Shown here: piece by piece, positions 25,205 through 37,774 of the stretch
Numbering within the stretch: position 1 is the stretch's first letter
How the letters are laid out: each line of letters opens with the position of its first letter
DNA from: Chara braunii
Taxonomy: Eukaryota > Plantae > Charophyceae
NCBI GenBank assembly: GCA_003427395.1
Contig: BFEA01000046.1
Span: forward strand, 3,326,919-3,390,709
Length of the DNA stretch: 63,791 bases
Reading direction: 5' to 3'
The notes under the pieces: model-generated
The model's input: only the letters and a program-made list of their open reading frames with translations
What the model was told of the DNA's origin: nothing
Databases searched by the model: none
Made by a program: the position numbers and the translations under genes

Positions 25205-25689
25205 TGTGTCTGCAAGTGAACAACAAATGATGAAATGAAGTGAGTCACTGCCGGAATAGTGTAGGGTACGCCCCCCACAAACATAGATGAGTACCATGTA
25301 TCCATTGTTTGGGAATGCGAACCTTCTCAAGTACGAATCTTGGCGGACTTAATTGTTCTCGACACCATTGCCCGACATCTTGGTGGTCGATTCTACTCGA
25401 GGAACCCTAATATCCATACTATTAATTCAATTGGACTGGGCCGCAACTGCAAAGTTCCTTTTCCAGCGAACTTCGCGCACGACGCCCGTCCGCAGCCCAC
25501 TCCACCGGACCGGAACAATCGTCAAGATTACCAAAGTCGTTTAGCGACGGACGACCACAGTTTCATGCAGCACGGCCTTCGAGCGGAGGCCATTAAAAGA
25601 AGTCCGTCGAGATCCGCACTTAACCGGCCATCAGCGAGACTAAAGTCATGTTGTTATAGAAACTGAACCGAATACCTCTTCCCGCAATA

Positions 25690-28090
25690 TTCCATGTTCG
25701 GATCCGAATTTCGAATGTTACATGTGAGGATGTTCAGTGCGAGGTTCGACGACATCCTGACTTCATTAAGAGTAGAAGATGGACGAATCGTTCAAGTTCG
25801 CCTGTATCCGAACTTCTTCGGTCACCCCGTATCGACAATACGTGAAGTTAGGACTCTAGCGAACTTCAAAAATTCCCCCGTCCTTTGTGATGACTGGAAA
25901 CATGTTCTTACCGAAATTGAACCAAACACATCTTCCCACAAGTTCATCATAGAGGACAGACAAATACTTCAATTTTTTTGTTGTTCGAACTTCACGTATT
26001 GTCGATACTAGGCGGCTAAAGAAGTTTGGAACCGTCAAACTTGAGCAAGACGCTCATCTTTTACTCTTAGTGAAGTCCTGATGTGACCGGAATTGAACCG
26101 AACACCGCTTCCCACAATATCTCAGCGGATCCCGACGAACTTTAAATGTTATGGGTGAGGATGTTCAATGTGAGGTTCGCCGAAATCATGACTTCACTAA
26201 GAGTAGAAGTGGAGCGAATCGATCTAGTTCGCTGGTATCCGAACTTCTTCAGTCGTCGTGTATGGACAATATGTGAAGCTTGGATATTGGCAGACTTCAA
26301 GTATTTGTCCGTACTCTGTGATGACTGGAGTCCTACTGTTACCAAAATCGAACTGAACACCTCTTCCCATAATATTGAACTCTCATTACAGTGGACAGAG
26401 CAATACTTTAAGTTCGCCGGTATCCGAACCTGACGTACTGTGGAAATAGGGCGACCGAAGAACTTCGAATACGAGCAAACTCGAGAGAGTCGCTTATCTT
26501 CTACTCATAGTGGAATCCTATTGTTACTGTTATCGAACCAAATACCTCTCCCCTCAATATTTCAAGTTCAGATCCCGACGAACTTCGAACATTACGGGTG
26601 AGGATGTTCGGTGCCAAGTTCGCCGCCATCCAGACTTCACAAAGAGTAGAAGGTGAGCGAATCGCTTAAGTTCGCCGGTATCCGAACTTCTTCATTTGCC
26701 CTGTATCGACAGTACGTGAAGTTCGGATAACGACGGACGTAAAGTATTCACCCGTCCTCTGTGATGGCGAGAGTGTCGATATTACTGAAACTGAATCGAA
26801 CACCTTTTTCCTCAATGTTTGAAGTTCGGATCCCGGCGAACTTCAAATTTTATGGGTGAGGGTGTTCAGTGCAAGTTTTAAAATCTACGAATCCGAACTT
26901 AACTAAACGTAGAAGAATAACGAATCACTGAAGTTCGCCGGTATCCGAACTTCTTCAGTCGCCACGTATGGACAATATGTGAAGTTCAGGTACAGACGAA
27001 CTTCAAGTATTCGTGCGTCCTCTGTGATGACCAGAGTCCTGATGTCACCAGAATTGAACAAACACATTTTCCCTCAATATTTGAAATTCGGATCCCGACG
27101 AACTTCGAATGTTACGAGTGAGGGTGTTCAGTGCGAGGTTCGTAATCTACGAATCCGGACTTCACTAGATGTAAAAGATCAGCGAATAACTCAAGTTCGT
27201 CGGTCTCTGAACTCCTTCAATCGGCCTGTCTCGAGAATAAGTGAACTTCGGATACCAACGAACTTCAAGTATTTGTTCGTTTCCTGTGATGCTCGAAGTT
27301 CTGATGTTACCGGTATTGAACCGAACACCTCATCCCTCAATATTGGAAGGCCGAACTTCAAGTATTTGTGCGTCATCTATGATGACCAGATTCCTGATAT
27401 CACCGGAATTGAACGGACACCTCTTCCCTCAATATTTGAAATTCGGATCCCGATGAACGTCGAATGTCACGGGTGAGGGTGTTCAGTGCGAGGTTCATAA
27501 TCCATGAATCCTGACGTCACTAAATGTAAAAGATTAGCGAATCGCTCAAGTTCGCTGGTAGCCGAACTTCTTCAGTCACTACGTATGGACAATATGTGAA
27601 GTTCGGATACCGGCGAACTTGAAGTATTCACCTGTCCACGCAATAACTTAAGTTTGGATCCCAGCGAACTTCAACTGTTGTGGGTGAGGGTGTTCAGTGT
27701 GAGGTTCAAAATCCGCAAATCCAAACTTCACTAAATGTAGAAGATTAGCGAATTACTCAAGTTCGTTGGTATCCGAACATCTCCAGTCGCCAAGTCTGAA
27801 CAATATGTGAAGTTCGGCTCCCAGCATGCTTGAAGTATTCACCCGTCCACTACGAGGAGTGGAGTCGTGATGTTCTCGAAATGGAACCAAACACCCGTTC
27901 CCTCTATAACTTAAGTTCGGATCCCGACGAACTTTGAATGTTGTGGGCGGGGGTGTTTACTAGGGGTTCGGGGACATTCGGGCTTTAAGATTCGAAGAAG
28001 ACGAGTATATTTAAAGTTTGCAGGCATCCGAACTTCTCGAACTAGCTCCTTTCGCCAGTATATGAAGTTCAAATACCGGCGTACTTCAAC
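25690..28090. repeat. Array of ~260-bp monomers, each with three GAAGTTCG-N8-CGAACTTC dyads; includes internal inversions
   Basis: Perfect dyads at 26821-26844 and 26930-26953. The monomer landmark gggtgagg(a/g)tgttc recurs near 26153, 26596, 26854, 27116, 27471, 27682 and 27945. Confidence 0.88.
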
Positions 28091-28907
28091 ATTTTGCATT
28101 TACAGCATCCGCACTTTGAATGATGAAAACTAGTAAGAGAACACATGAGTGTTGTTGCATTAAAATGCAGTTTATTGATGAACGAGATTGAATGTCGTCC
28201 GATGGTTGTGACTCGGACATCACACTGTAACGAAACCACTGTGAAAAACTTGCCGAGAAGAACCAGTGACTCCGTCAAGTCCTACCCGATGAGGAATCAA
28301 CGAACCACAGTCCTACTGCCTTTCCCTTTATGCATGTCGTGCATTTACACCTGCTCGTTCAAAAACAATGTGAACGATTGATTCATTTTTCCGTTGGAGT
28401 GCTGGTTGATCAACTAACTGATTGAATGATTTCTCATTGCATTGATTAGTTTTATCATCGATTGCATAATATGATATTACATCGAAATTCACGCATCGCC
28501 TGCATTTCCTGATTCCTTCGAACGATAACTTAGTTCGATCGATTCGTGATTTACGACGTGCAAATAGATTGAGTGATTGATTGGTCACCGGTTGCCCTTT
28601 CCGATGTTTTCATTTACCTATTGATTAAATGATTGATCACCACATTGATTGATGGATACAACGATCGGCTGATTGGTCTGTCACTTGTTTTATTGAATCA
28701 TTGATCAATTGATGAACTGAGTTGTTCATCGAATGCTTCATCGCACTTATTGATTTTGTCAATGACTGCAAGATATTCGTTGATTCTTTTGTTCCGTCAT
28801 ATCAAACTTGTGGGCGCTTCATCGATCACTTCATTGGTTGCTCATTCGTCGCATAAGGTTTTATTGGTTGCTTGCCTGCACGACGGATTGGTTGCTCGTT
28901 TACCATA

Positions 28908-28954
<47 letters not shown>

Positions 28955-31374
28955 CGACTGAACGATCTCTTGTATGGTCATTTTCGATTTGTCGATTGTT
29001 TGACTTCACGATTTAACAAGTGATCAGACGTAGACGTTGATCAAACGAACGATCTATTGATGAAAAGGAAATAATCGCAGGGTTGATTCCATGGTATCGA
29101 CATACATACACATACACGCTCGCACACACGAAAGAAAAAACACGTAAGCACACAAAAAAACATATGCACACTCAGTCACATAAATGCACACACCCGTCCA
29201 CAAACATACACACAAACTCACACACACACATATCGGTCGAATGATATATAAATATAAATCAGTCAATCGCTTGATAAATTTTTGTATCGGTGAACGGTTT
29301 GAATGGTTGCTTTGACGATCTCTCGCTGTTCTGAACATCACACAGGAGATGAGAACGCGTTGTTTTGAACACCAAACACGAAATGAATATGTGTTGCTCG
29401 AATTTGTTTTTGTCACGGCGGATGTGAAATGAAAACTGGTAATGAAAAACGTTTGCAAAACCGATCGTCACTGTGGACATCACCTAACCAATCCCGTTGT
29501 CATTAACACTTACCAAGTTGAAGTTCTTTGCAACGATAATGTCCACTGATGGATCCTGCGTGCTAAAAATTTGTTGTAAAGAGCATTGAGGCAGCGACGC
29601 AAAGGTTAGATAGGAGCGTTCAACGATTTCATTGGAACGCGCAACTTGCATGCACCGCAAAATCGCTCGAAGATAGATGGAAAACACGATGGACGACATG
29701 AACCTCAGCGGATCACGTTGCACACGGTGCGAAGGGGATTGCAAGTCGGTGGTGGCGTGTGCAAGGAGCTCATGCGGCAGGCTGGGATCGTGCGACGTTT
29801 CTAAGCAGGTGAAGAAAGGTTGCGCACAATTCTGACAATGTGCGTGTTGTGGCTTCGTGATGAGACGTGGTCGTGAATGCTGCTAGCATGCGATCGTTGC
29901 AGGAGTTTGTGATGTCGTTGTTCAGGGTGTTGAAGATAGCGATGGCGTCAACCTCCACGACTTTCGGGCTTTGGTGTTGACAAGAGAAAGTGTGAGTGCT
30001 CTCTCCGGCAACATGTCCCCGACAAAAGCGAAAATGCGAAATGAGCATTGGGTGGGGGGGGAAAGGGGGGGCTTTCCTTTATAACCCCACCAGGTATAGC
30101 CTCGTAGTGGGCCCGCAACTCCAGGAAGGGCTATTCTGGTTTAAAACCATGCCTCGCGGAGCGCCCCGATGTGCCTGCAGGCCTTCGTTCATGACGGTCG
30201 TGCTACCCTCGGATGCGTAAATAGGGGCTGACGGAAACGATCGACGGCACTAACGCAGCGTCGCGGCTGGCCAGTTTCCTCACACGCCCGTGGGCCGGTA
30301 ACGCCACGTGCTGGCTGGATTCAGAAGGCAGTACCCACTGAAGTGCCCCCGAGCCTGTTTTGCCACGTATTGGCCGGCCTCAACCGACTCGGACGGGAAA
30401 TTTTGTAATGGTACAGGCACCTCATGATGGGCTGGTGGACATATTTCGCCACGCGTTGGTGGGTCGGTCCGCCTGCCTTCGCTTGGATGTTTCGCCCGTC
30501 AAATCCGGAAGCGAGGGCGAGGCAACGTGTAGCCAAACGACTTCCGCATCGGACGGTCATGATTGGACATGGGCAGTGGGCCTGCATGAGGGTCATCAAT
30601 ATGCGGGTCAACCGTGATGCGCTTGCTGGAAACAGCTTGGGGCAGGTTCCCCGCCATTTCTCGCGCACTTTCCTCCTTGCAGGCAATTGCGTCATGTTAG
30701 CGTTGACATCAACTGCAATTGCGTTACAGCATCGTCGGTTACCAATACTGACCTTCAAGGTACGTCGTGCACCACGACTGAAACGCGGCATCGTCGTTCT
30801 CGTCTCATCGACACCTCAAATGGGCACAAGCCATGGCTTCTGAGGTTCATCAGGTGCCCGTGCTGGCATTCGAGGAGCTCAAGCGTTCTTCGTGCAGGCT
30901 GCTCCTTTCGTGCTCGCTTGCTGTCGCGCCATAGACATGATGATCGTCAGCAATGCACCTCCCTGCGGATTCTCTGCTTGCGAGCAAACCGCGTCGTCAC
31001 TCTTCCATTCCGCCAGCACCACCTCCGGGTCGTCGACACCCGCGCAGATACTCTTCCATTTCACAAGTACCTTTCACCTACTTGTGCAACTCTTTTGCGC
31101 TAGTGTCGTCGCTCTCCACAACTATGCTACACCATTATTGTCCACAGCGACTAACCGTGGCTTTATTTTGAATGGTTAAAGGTGACCATGCAGGATTTCG
31201 CGGACCTCAGGAATCGTTCGTGCAGTTCTCGACTGTTGTGCCACTCACTTGACAACGTACCCCGCATCGACGCGCTGGGCAACGACGCTAGCTGTTGGGC
31301 GACATCACCACTGCAGATTTCGTATATTTTCGTCGCTCTTTCTCTATCTCAGTTGTCCTCTCACTCCCTTCATA

Positions 31375-31768
31375 CCTTTGCATTTCACTACCTCTACTTC
31401 AATCTTCATCTCGCTGATTCTCTATCGTTCTCTCCCTTGCTCTCCCGGCGTAGGTGCAGAGAAATGGCGCCTGACACGTGACCTGGTCGTCTATGGGGGA
31501 AATGAAGAATGTGCGGAGGAGAGAATGGTAGAACTTTATCGCTAGACCTTTTAGTGACGACCAGCTCGCATTGCATTGGTATCGTTACTGAAAAGGTCTA
31601 GCGACGGAGTTCTACCATTCTCTCTGCCGCACATTCTTCATTGTGCCCATAGACGACGAGGTTACGTGTCAGAGGCCATTTCTTTGCACCTATGCAACAA
31701 GAGCTAGAGAGAGAAGGACAGAGAAACAGCGAGAGGAAGACAAAAGTAGAGGTAGAAAAATGCAAAGG
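31375..31768. repeat. Long inverted repeat / hairpin (~190-bp arms, short loop)
   Basis: Left ...gaagaatgtgcggaggagagaatggtagaactttatcgctagaccttttagtgacga pairs with right tcgttactgaaaaggtctagcgacggagttctaccattctctctgccgcacattcttc. ORFs 31249..31545(+) and 31598..31798(-) are mirror translations. Confidence 0.9.
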
Positions 31769-32359
31769 TTTATCTCTTCCGCTATGCAGTGAGAGCAAGA
31801 GAGAGATAAATCACATGTAATTAGCCCATGACTCAGGATTCATCGTCGTGAACGACGTGGCTCGTCTGAACGTCTCAGTGGGTGATCTTAGAGAAGCACG
31901 CGCTATATTGTTTTGCAGACCCCCGAGAGGCGCGCGCATCCGTAAATGATACTCGCGAGCTCCTCAGCGGCCATCCTGGACTTCTTCGTCGTCGACACAT
32001 GCCTCTGCAATTACACCACCTGTTCTTGCATTTATGATCGGGTGACGTGGCGTAATGTGCTTCCTGCGCCATCATCACATCATGATAATGTTCTTCATTG
32101 CATTGTGGCAACGCGATCATAGCATTGTTCCACAGTGAACAATGTTAGGAGTATTTTCATCATCGGGCCATCTTTGCGTTCTGTCGAGAACCTCGTCCAT
32201 CATCAGCAACATTGTCCGTTAAGGAACAATCCGGCCACCAACGTGTAGTCGTTGCGTATGGACGAACTATGCCATGACGCACCGATCGCTCGATCATGAA
32301 AATGCGTAGAACACATGAATGTCTGTACGACATATATGAGAACGGGCTAATGTGTCAGT

Positions 32360-35300
32360 GAGCGAGAGCACCACATGTCTCAAGTCTGCCACCTGTATAG
32401 GGCAATGTCACTGTCAGAGGCTGACGTATGTGTGTTCTTACAGACACGTATAATCGTAGTTCGCCGGGATCCGAACTTCATAATTCACGCTCGACAATTC
32501 ACATGCCTCGCCCCCCGAGATTATTGTTGTCGTTGGAGGCGTAGTGACGAAGTCCGGATTCTGGCGGACTACAACGAAATGCCATTCAAAGAAATGTTTG
32601 CGTAGTTCATCCTGTCCACCACACGTGCAAGTTCCATGGACGATTAGTTGTAGTCTGCTACCATCCGAACTTCACCATTTGAGGTCGGCAATTGTCCTAT
32701 GAAGGCAACCGTGTAAGATGCTTGTTGTCGGGGCATTGAATGTGAAGTTCGGATCCCGACGGACATGCATGATTAGCAACTGCGTGGGAACACTTAGTAA
32801 CAAGAAAGGAATCCCGAATCTGTTGCTACAACAGACTTTTTTCCTTGAAGTCCGCATGCTGGCAGTTTTGAGCAATTTTAGAAATGCGCAACCACTCAAT
32901 TCAGGAACACAATGTTCACCAATAAAGGAATTATTTCTCAAACGCGTCAAAACACCTTCGAGCATGCGATAATAATATGTATCGTTCGACTTTCAGCGCC
33001 ACATGTCTCTCTTATGCCACCTATACAGAGCAATGGCATTGTCAGACGTCGACGCGTGTGGGTTCTTAAAGACACGTGTACATGAGCTAATTATCGTAGT
33101 TCGCTGGGATCCGAACTTCAAGAATTGGGCTCGACAGTTCACATGCCTCGCCCCCCCCCGATTACTGTTGTCGTTGGAGGCGCGGTGATGCAGTCCGGAT
33201 TCCGGCGGACTACAACGAAACGTCATTCAAAGAAACGTTTGCATCGTTCAACCCTTCCACTGCACATGCAAGTCCCATGGGCTATTAGTAGTAGTCTTCT
33301 GGCATCCGAACTTCACCATTTAGGGTCAGCAGTTGTCGTCCAAGGCAACCTCATACGACGGTTGTGATCGGGGCATTGCACATGAAGTTTGGATCTGACT
33401 TGCATGATTAACACTTGTGTGGGAACACTCTCAATAACAAGAAAGGAGTTCAGAATTTGTTGTTGTAACAGACTTGTTTCCTTGAAGTCCGTATGCTGGT
33501 GGTTTTGAGGGATTTCAAGTCTTCGCGACCAATTCTGGAATAAAATATTCACCAATAAAGGAATAAAGGAATTATCCCGCAAATGCATCAGAAAAACACC
33601 TTCGAGCGTGCGATAATAATATGTACCATGCGACTCTCAGCGACACATGTTTCTCTTATCCCACTTTTACGGAGCAACTGCATTGTTAGAGGCCGACGCG
33701 TGTGCGTTCTTACAGACATGTGTACAAGAGTTAATGTTCGTGGGAATCTGAACTTCGAAAATCAAGCTCGACAGTTCACCTGCCTCGCGCCCCCCCCCCC
33801 CCCCCCCCCCCCCCCGATTACTGTTATTGTTGGAGGCGTGGTGCTGAAGTCCGAATTCCGGCGGACTACAATGAAATGTCATTCAAAGAAACGTTTGCAT
33901 CGTTCAGCCCTTCCGCCACACGTGCAAGTTCAATGGGCTATTAGTCGTTGTTTGTTGGCATCGAAACTTCACCATTTGGGGTCGACAGTTGTCATATGAG
34001 GCAACCATGTAAAATGGTTGTGGTTGGGGCATTGAACGTGAAGTTCGGATCCCGGCGGACTAGCATGATTGGCAACTACGTGGGAATACTCTCAATAACA
34101 AGAAAGGAATCTAGAATGTGTTGTTGCAACAAACTTATTTATTGAAGTCCGCATGCTGGCGATTTTGAGGGACTTGCGGTCTGCGTGACTAGTCAATTCT
34201 AGAACATAATATTCGCCAACAAAAGGATAACCCCGCACATGCATTTGGCGCCATTTGGATAGGAAAACGTCTTCGCTCGTCCGATAATAATTTGTACCAT
34301 ACGACTCTCAATACCACATGTCTCTATTATGCCACCTGTAAGGAGCAATGACACTTTCAGAGGCTGATGTGTGTGCCTTCATACAGACAAGTGTCCATTA
34401 GCTTATTATTGTAGTTCGTCGAGCTCTGAACTTCACAATTCAGATTCGATAGTTCATCGGGATCCGAACTTCACAATTCGGGGCCCCCGTAGTTTACTGG
34501 TATCATTGAAGGCATGGTGATGGAGTTCGGATATGGAACCCCCCTGGTTTACTGTTATCGTTAGGGGCATGGTGATGAAGTTCGGATTCCGACGGACTAC
34601 GACAAAATACCATTCGAAGAAACGTTTGCATCGTCCAGCGCCTCAATTGCACGTGCAAGTCTCATGGCCTCTTCTTCGTAAAGCGCTGGCATACGAACTT
34701 CACCATTTAGGGTTGGCAGTTGTCATCTGGGGTAACTAGTAAGATGGTTGAGGTAAGGGCTTTGAACGTGAATTTCGGATCCTAGAAGACCTGCAGGATT
34801 GGTAGCTGCGAACGCAATCAGTGACAAGAAAGAAATCCAAAATTTGAAGTGGCAACAAACAGGTTTCCTTCAAGTTTGCGACCCCTCGATTCTTGAACAT
34901 AATATCCGTGTGTGCGAGAATATTGTCTACCCTATGAGGCTATTACCCTGCTTTTTTGCAATAAAGGGATTACACCGCTTTTGCGTTAGGCGCCATTAGG
35001 TTTGAAAAACACATTTGTGCGTGCGACAATATTATGTACCTTATTACTACCAGCGACACCAGTTACCCCCAAACTGGTTTGCCCAACGACAACAATTACC
35101 CCATTGCACCCCACCCGCAACCAATCACCCGTCGCGGTGTGCGATTACGACGATGCTCATTTGTCTGTGGACCCATGTACAACCCCCCTGAACCCCCATT
35201 GCGTTTTGTAATTAGAGCGAACTCATGCGGTCGGAACACGAACGGTCATTTTGGTTTTGACATGGTCTTCTTTTTCAGTCCCGCGTCGTTCCAGTGGCAG

Positions 35301-37310
35301 AATCCCTCTTCTTGCAAGTTCAGACCCCACCAAACTCGGATGATTCTTCCACTGCAAGATGAGTTGCAGTTTTGTTCGTTGATCTTCAAAGGGGTGGTAC
35401 GCGGACGACCTTATTTACGCCACCATCTTCTTTTTGTACTTCGACTTCCAAAAATAAATGTCATTTGTGTCTCCCCATGACGCCACCCAAAACCCCTGTC
35501 CTCGTTTTTTTTTTTGCTAGACAGCTGGTAGCAAAAATAGTTGTCATCCGCATACCACATAAAAACGAATAACCTGTTCTTCCAACAAACACATCACTGG
35601 TCTGTGACAAGTTCGAATCCCGACGGACTTTGCACATCCACCACCGCCAAATCCTGCGCCAAATAAACTCGCTTATGCCAAGTGCTCCCGACGAACTTCC
35701 AAAATTGGGCTTCATCGGATGCTTCGTTGCACCTGCCTACGACTCCACGTCATCCACTGCAGGTGGACATTCGCGATTGTGCTATGCGCACAAAACTTCT
35801 TCGACAATGTTCGGTTGTGAAAATAAAATAACATGGCTCGTCAACCCCTCTGCCTCGCCCGTAACCCCTATTGCATTTTGTAATTACTACACTCTCATGC
35901 GGTCGGAACACGAACGATTATTTTGGTTCTGACGTAGTGCTCTTCTTCATTACCTCGCCGTTGCAGTAGCGGGAATCCTTCATTTTGCAAGCTCTGCTCT
36001 ACAACAAGATGCTCGCTGACAGTTCTATCTCTTGATCTTCAGAGGGGGGGTACGCGGATGACCTCAATTATGCAACCGCCTTCTTTTCGTACTTTGACTT
36101 GCAAAAACAAATGTCGTTTGTACCTTCCCACGATGCCCCCCAAAACCCCTGTCCACATAAAAATGGGGAACCTGTGCTTCTTACAGTCACATCACTCCTG
36201 TCGCGGGAAACCAGTCTCTGACAATTTTGGATCGCGGTGGACTTTGTGCATCAACCACCACCAGATTCTGTGTTAAGACAACTGCAATTATGCTCGATCA
36301 ACTAGTGACGAACATTCGTAGTTGTATTGTGCATGCCGATTTCTTGATTGTGTTTAATGGAGATAAACAACATGCCTCTTCGACCACTCATCACCCCCTC
36401 TGAACCCCCAGTTGGTTTGTCGGTGCGGCGATCTCAATGCACTCGCTACTTTGACTTCTCGAATCGAAACGCAAACGGTCGTCTGGTTTCGGCATGGTTT
36501 TCTTCATCACTCTCTCATCATGAGTGTTGGAGGAATCCCAATTCTAGCAATTTCGGATTCCATCGACGTTGGATTTTTTCCGCACCAAGATCTTTGATGA
36601 CGATTTTCTCCATCAATCTCCGGACCAAAATTAGCTATGCTTTTTAGGATTTAAGAAATAAATGTCGCTTATGCCTTCCAACGGCCTCCCTGGAACCCCC
36701 AAAGTCATTTGTCATTTAAGCGGCAACTCGTGATAGAAAATGATTGTCTTCCACAGTCGTGCGAAAAAATGGTTGGTCTGTCCTGCCGACACGTTCATCA
36801 CTAAATTTGGGAGAATCCAGTCTCTAACAACATCGCATCTTGGTGAACTACAAAAAAAGCCCCACCACCGTCAACTTCTCCGTAGGACCCATCTGCAATT
36901 ATGTGCATGCTTATTCACCGGACATTGGAAGTGTTCCTCTGCACGGATTCCGATGGTCGAGAAGAAGATTTATCTCCTACACCCTCGTGCACCCCCTAAG
37001 ACCCCCATTCTCGTTCATCATTTCGGCAAGGTAGTGTGTTGCCAATGTTCTTTTAAACAATTGGGACAACTATTGTTGTTTTCTTCTGCCTGGCGCTGAA
37101 CCATGTGTGTCCGACCTCTCAAAGAGAACTTTGGCAATGCATCACCTCGCCAGAATGAATAATCGTATTCTAAACCGATTACAGTTGGCGAAGTCGTCGT
37201 CCAAACCGACATTACGAATGTCCATCGAATAAGGATGGTGTGAATTGTAGGCGGGTTCTGCGTAGGATCTTCAAGTGCGTAATTTTCGAAGTTCGTCGCG
37301 ATCCGAACTT
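32360..37310. repeat. Arrays of ~630-700-bp monomers carrying the same 24-bp dyad motif
   Basis: Monomer starts (c)acatgt(c/t)tc near 32371, 33000, 33644 and 34315; a second diverged monomer family (ctcatgcggtcggaacacgaacg at ~35222 and ~35894); dyads at e.g. 32456-32479 and 37288-37311. Confidence 0.82.
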
Positions 37311-37774
37311 GTTAGTAGCATTCCCGTCATTGTAATGATAAGTGTGTCTCTAGGACAGATCAACTGTAGTACGAACTATTACAAACGCTCATACACTGCC
37401 TGTCGCGAGGCACACATTCCGATCGCCTCGCTTTTGAAGTTTTTGGTGGCAAGCCGCAAAGAACCTTTCATAAGTTCCCTCTGAGGAGTCTGAAGACCCC
37501 TCTATGTACAGAAAATGGGGATAAACCCCTGGTCGACGTTGGTGACCATGGGACCCTTGGGTTGCATTATAATGCGAAACCATCAATGTACAACACGTTG
37601 ATGTACCAGAGATTTACTGCTGACACTTCGCTCCCGTCTTTTTCAGGGTGTGCATGGTACTTGGAACTACCCATTCATCCACGTTGTCAAAATTTTTCAT
37701 TTTTTCTATCGAACAGAGCGTCCACCAAGCAAAGGGCAACATGATAGCACAAAGGAGGGTCAAGGAATGAATGC

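Noticed and set aside
26821-26844. Similarity of dyad ends to yeast FRT (GAAGTTC...GAACTTC)
   Set aside because: Arms are 8 bp rather than 13 bp and no recombinase gene is seen; treated as coincidence.
29484-31179. Cluster of overlapping GC-rich short ORFs
   Set aside because: No recognisable motifs and ORFs open on both strands as expected from GC content.
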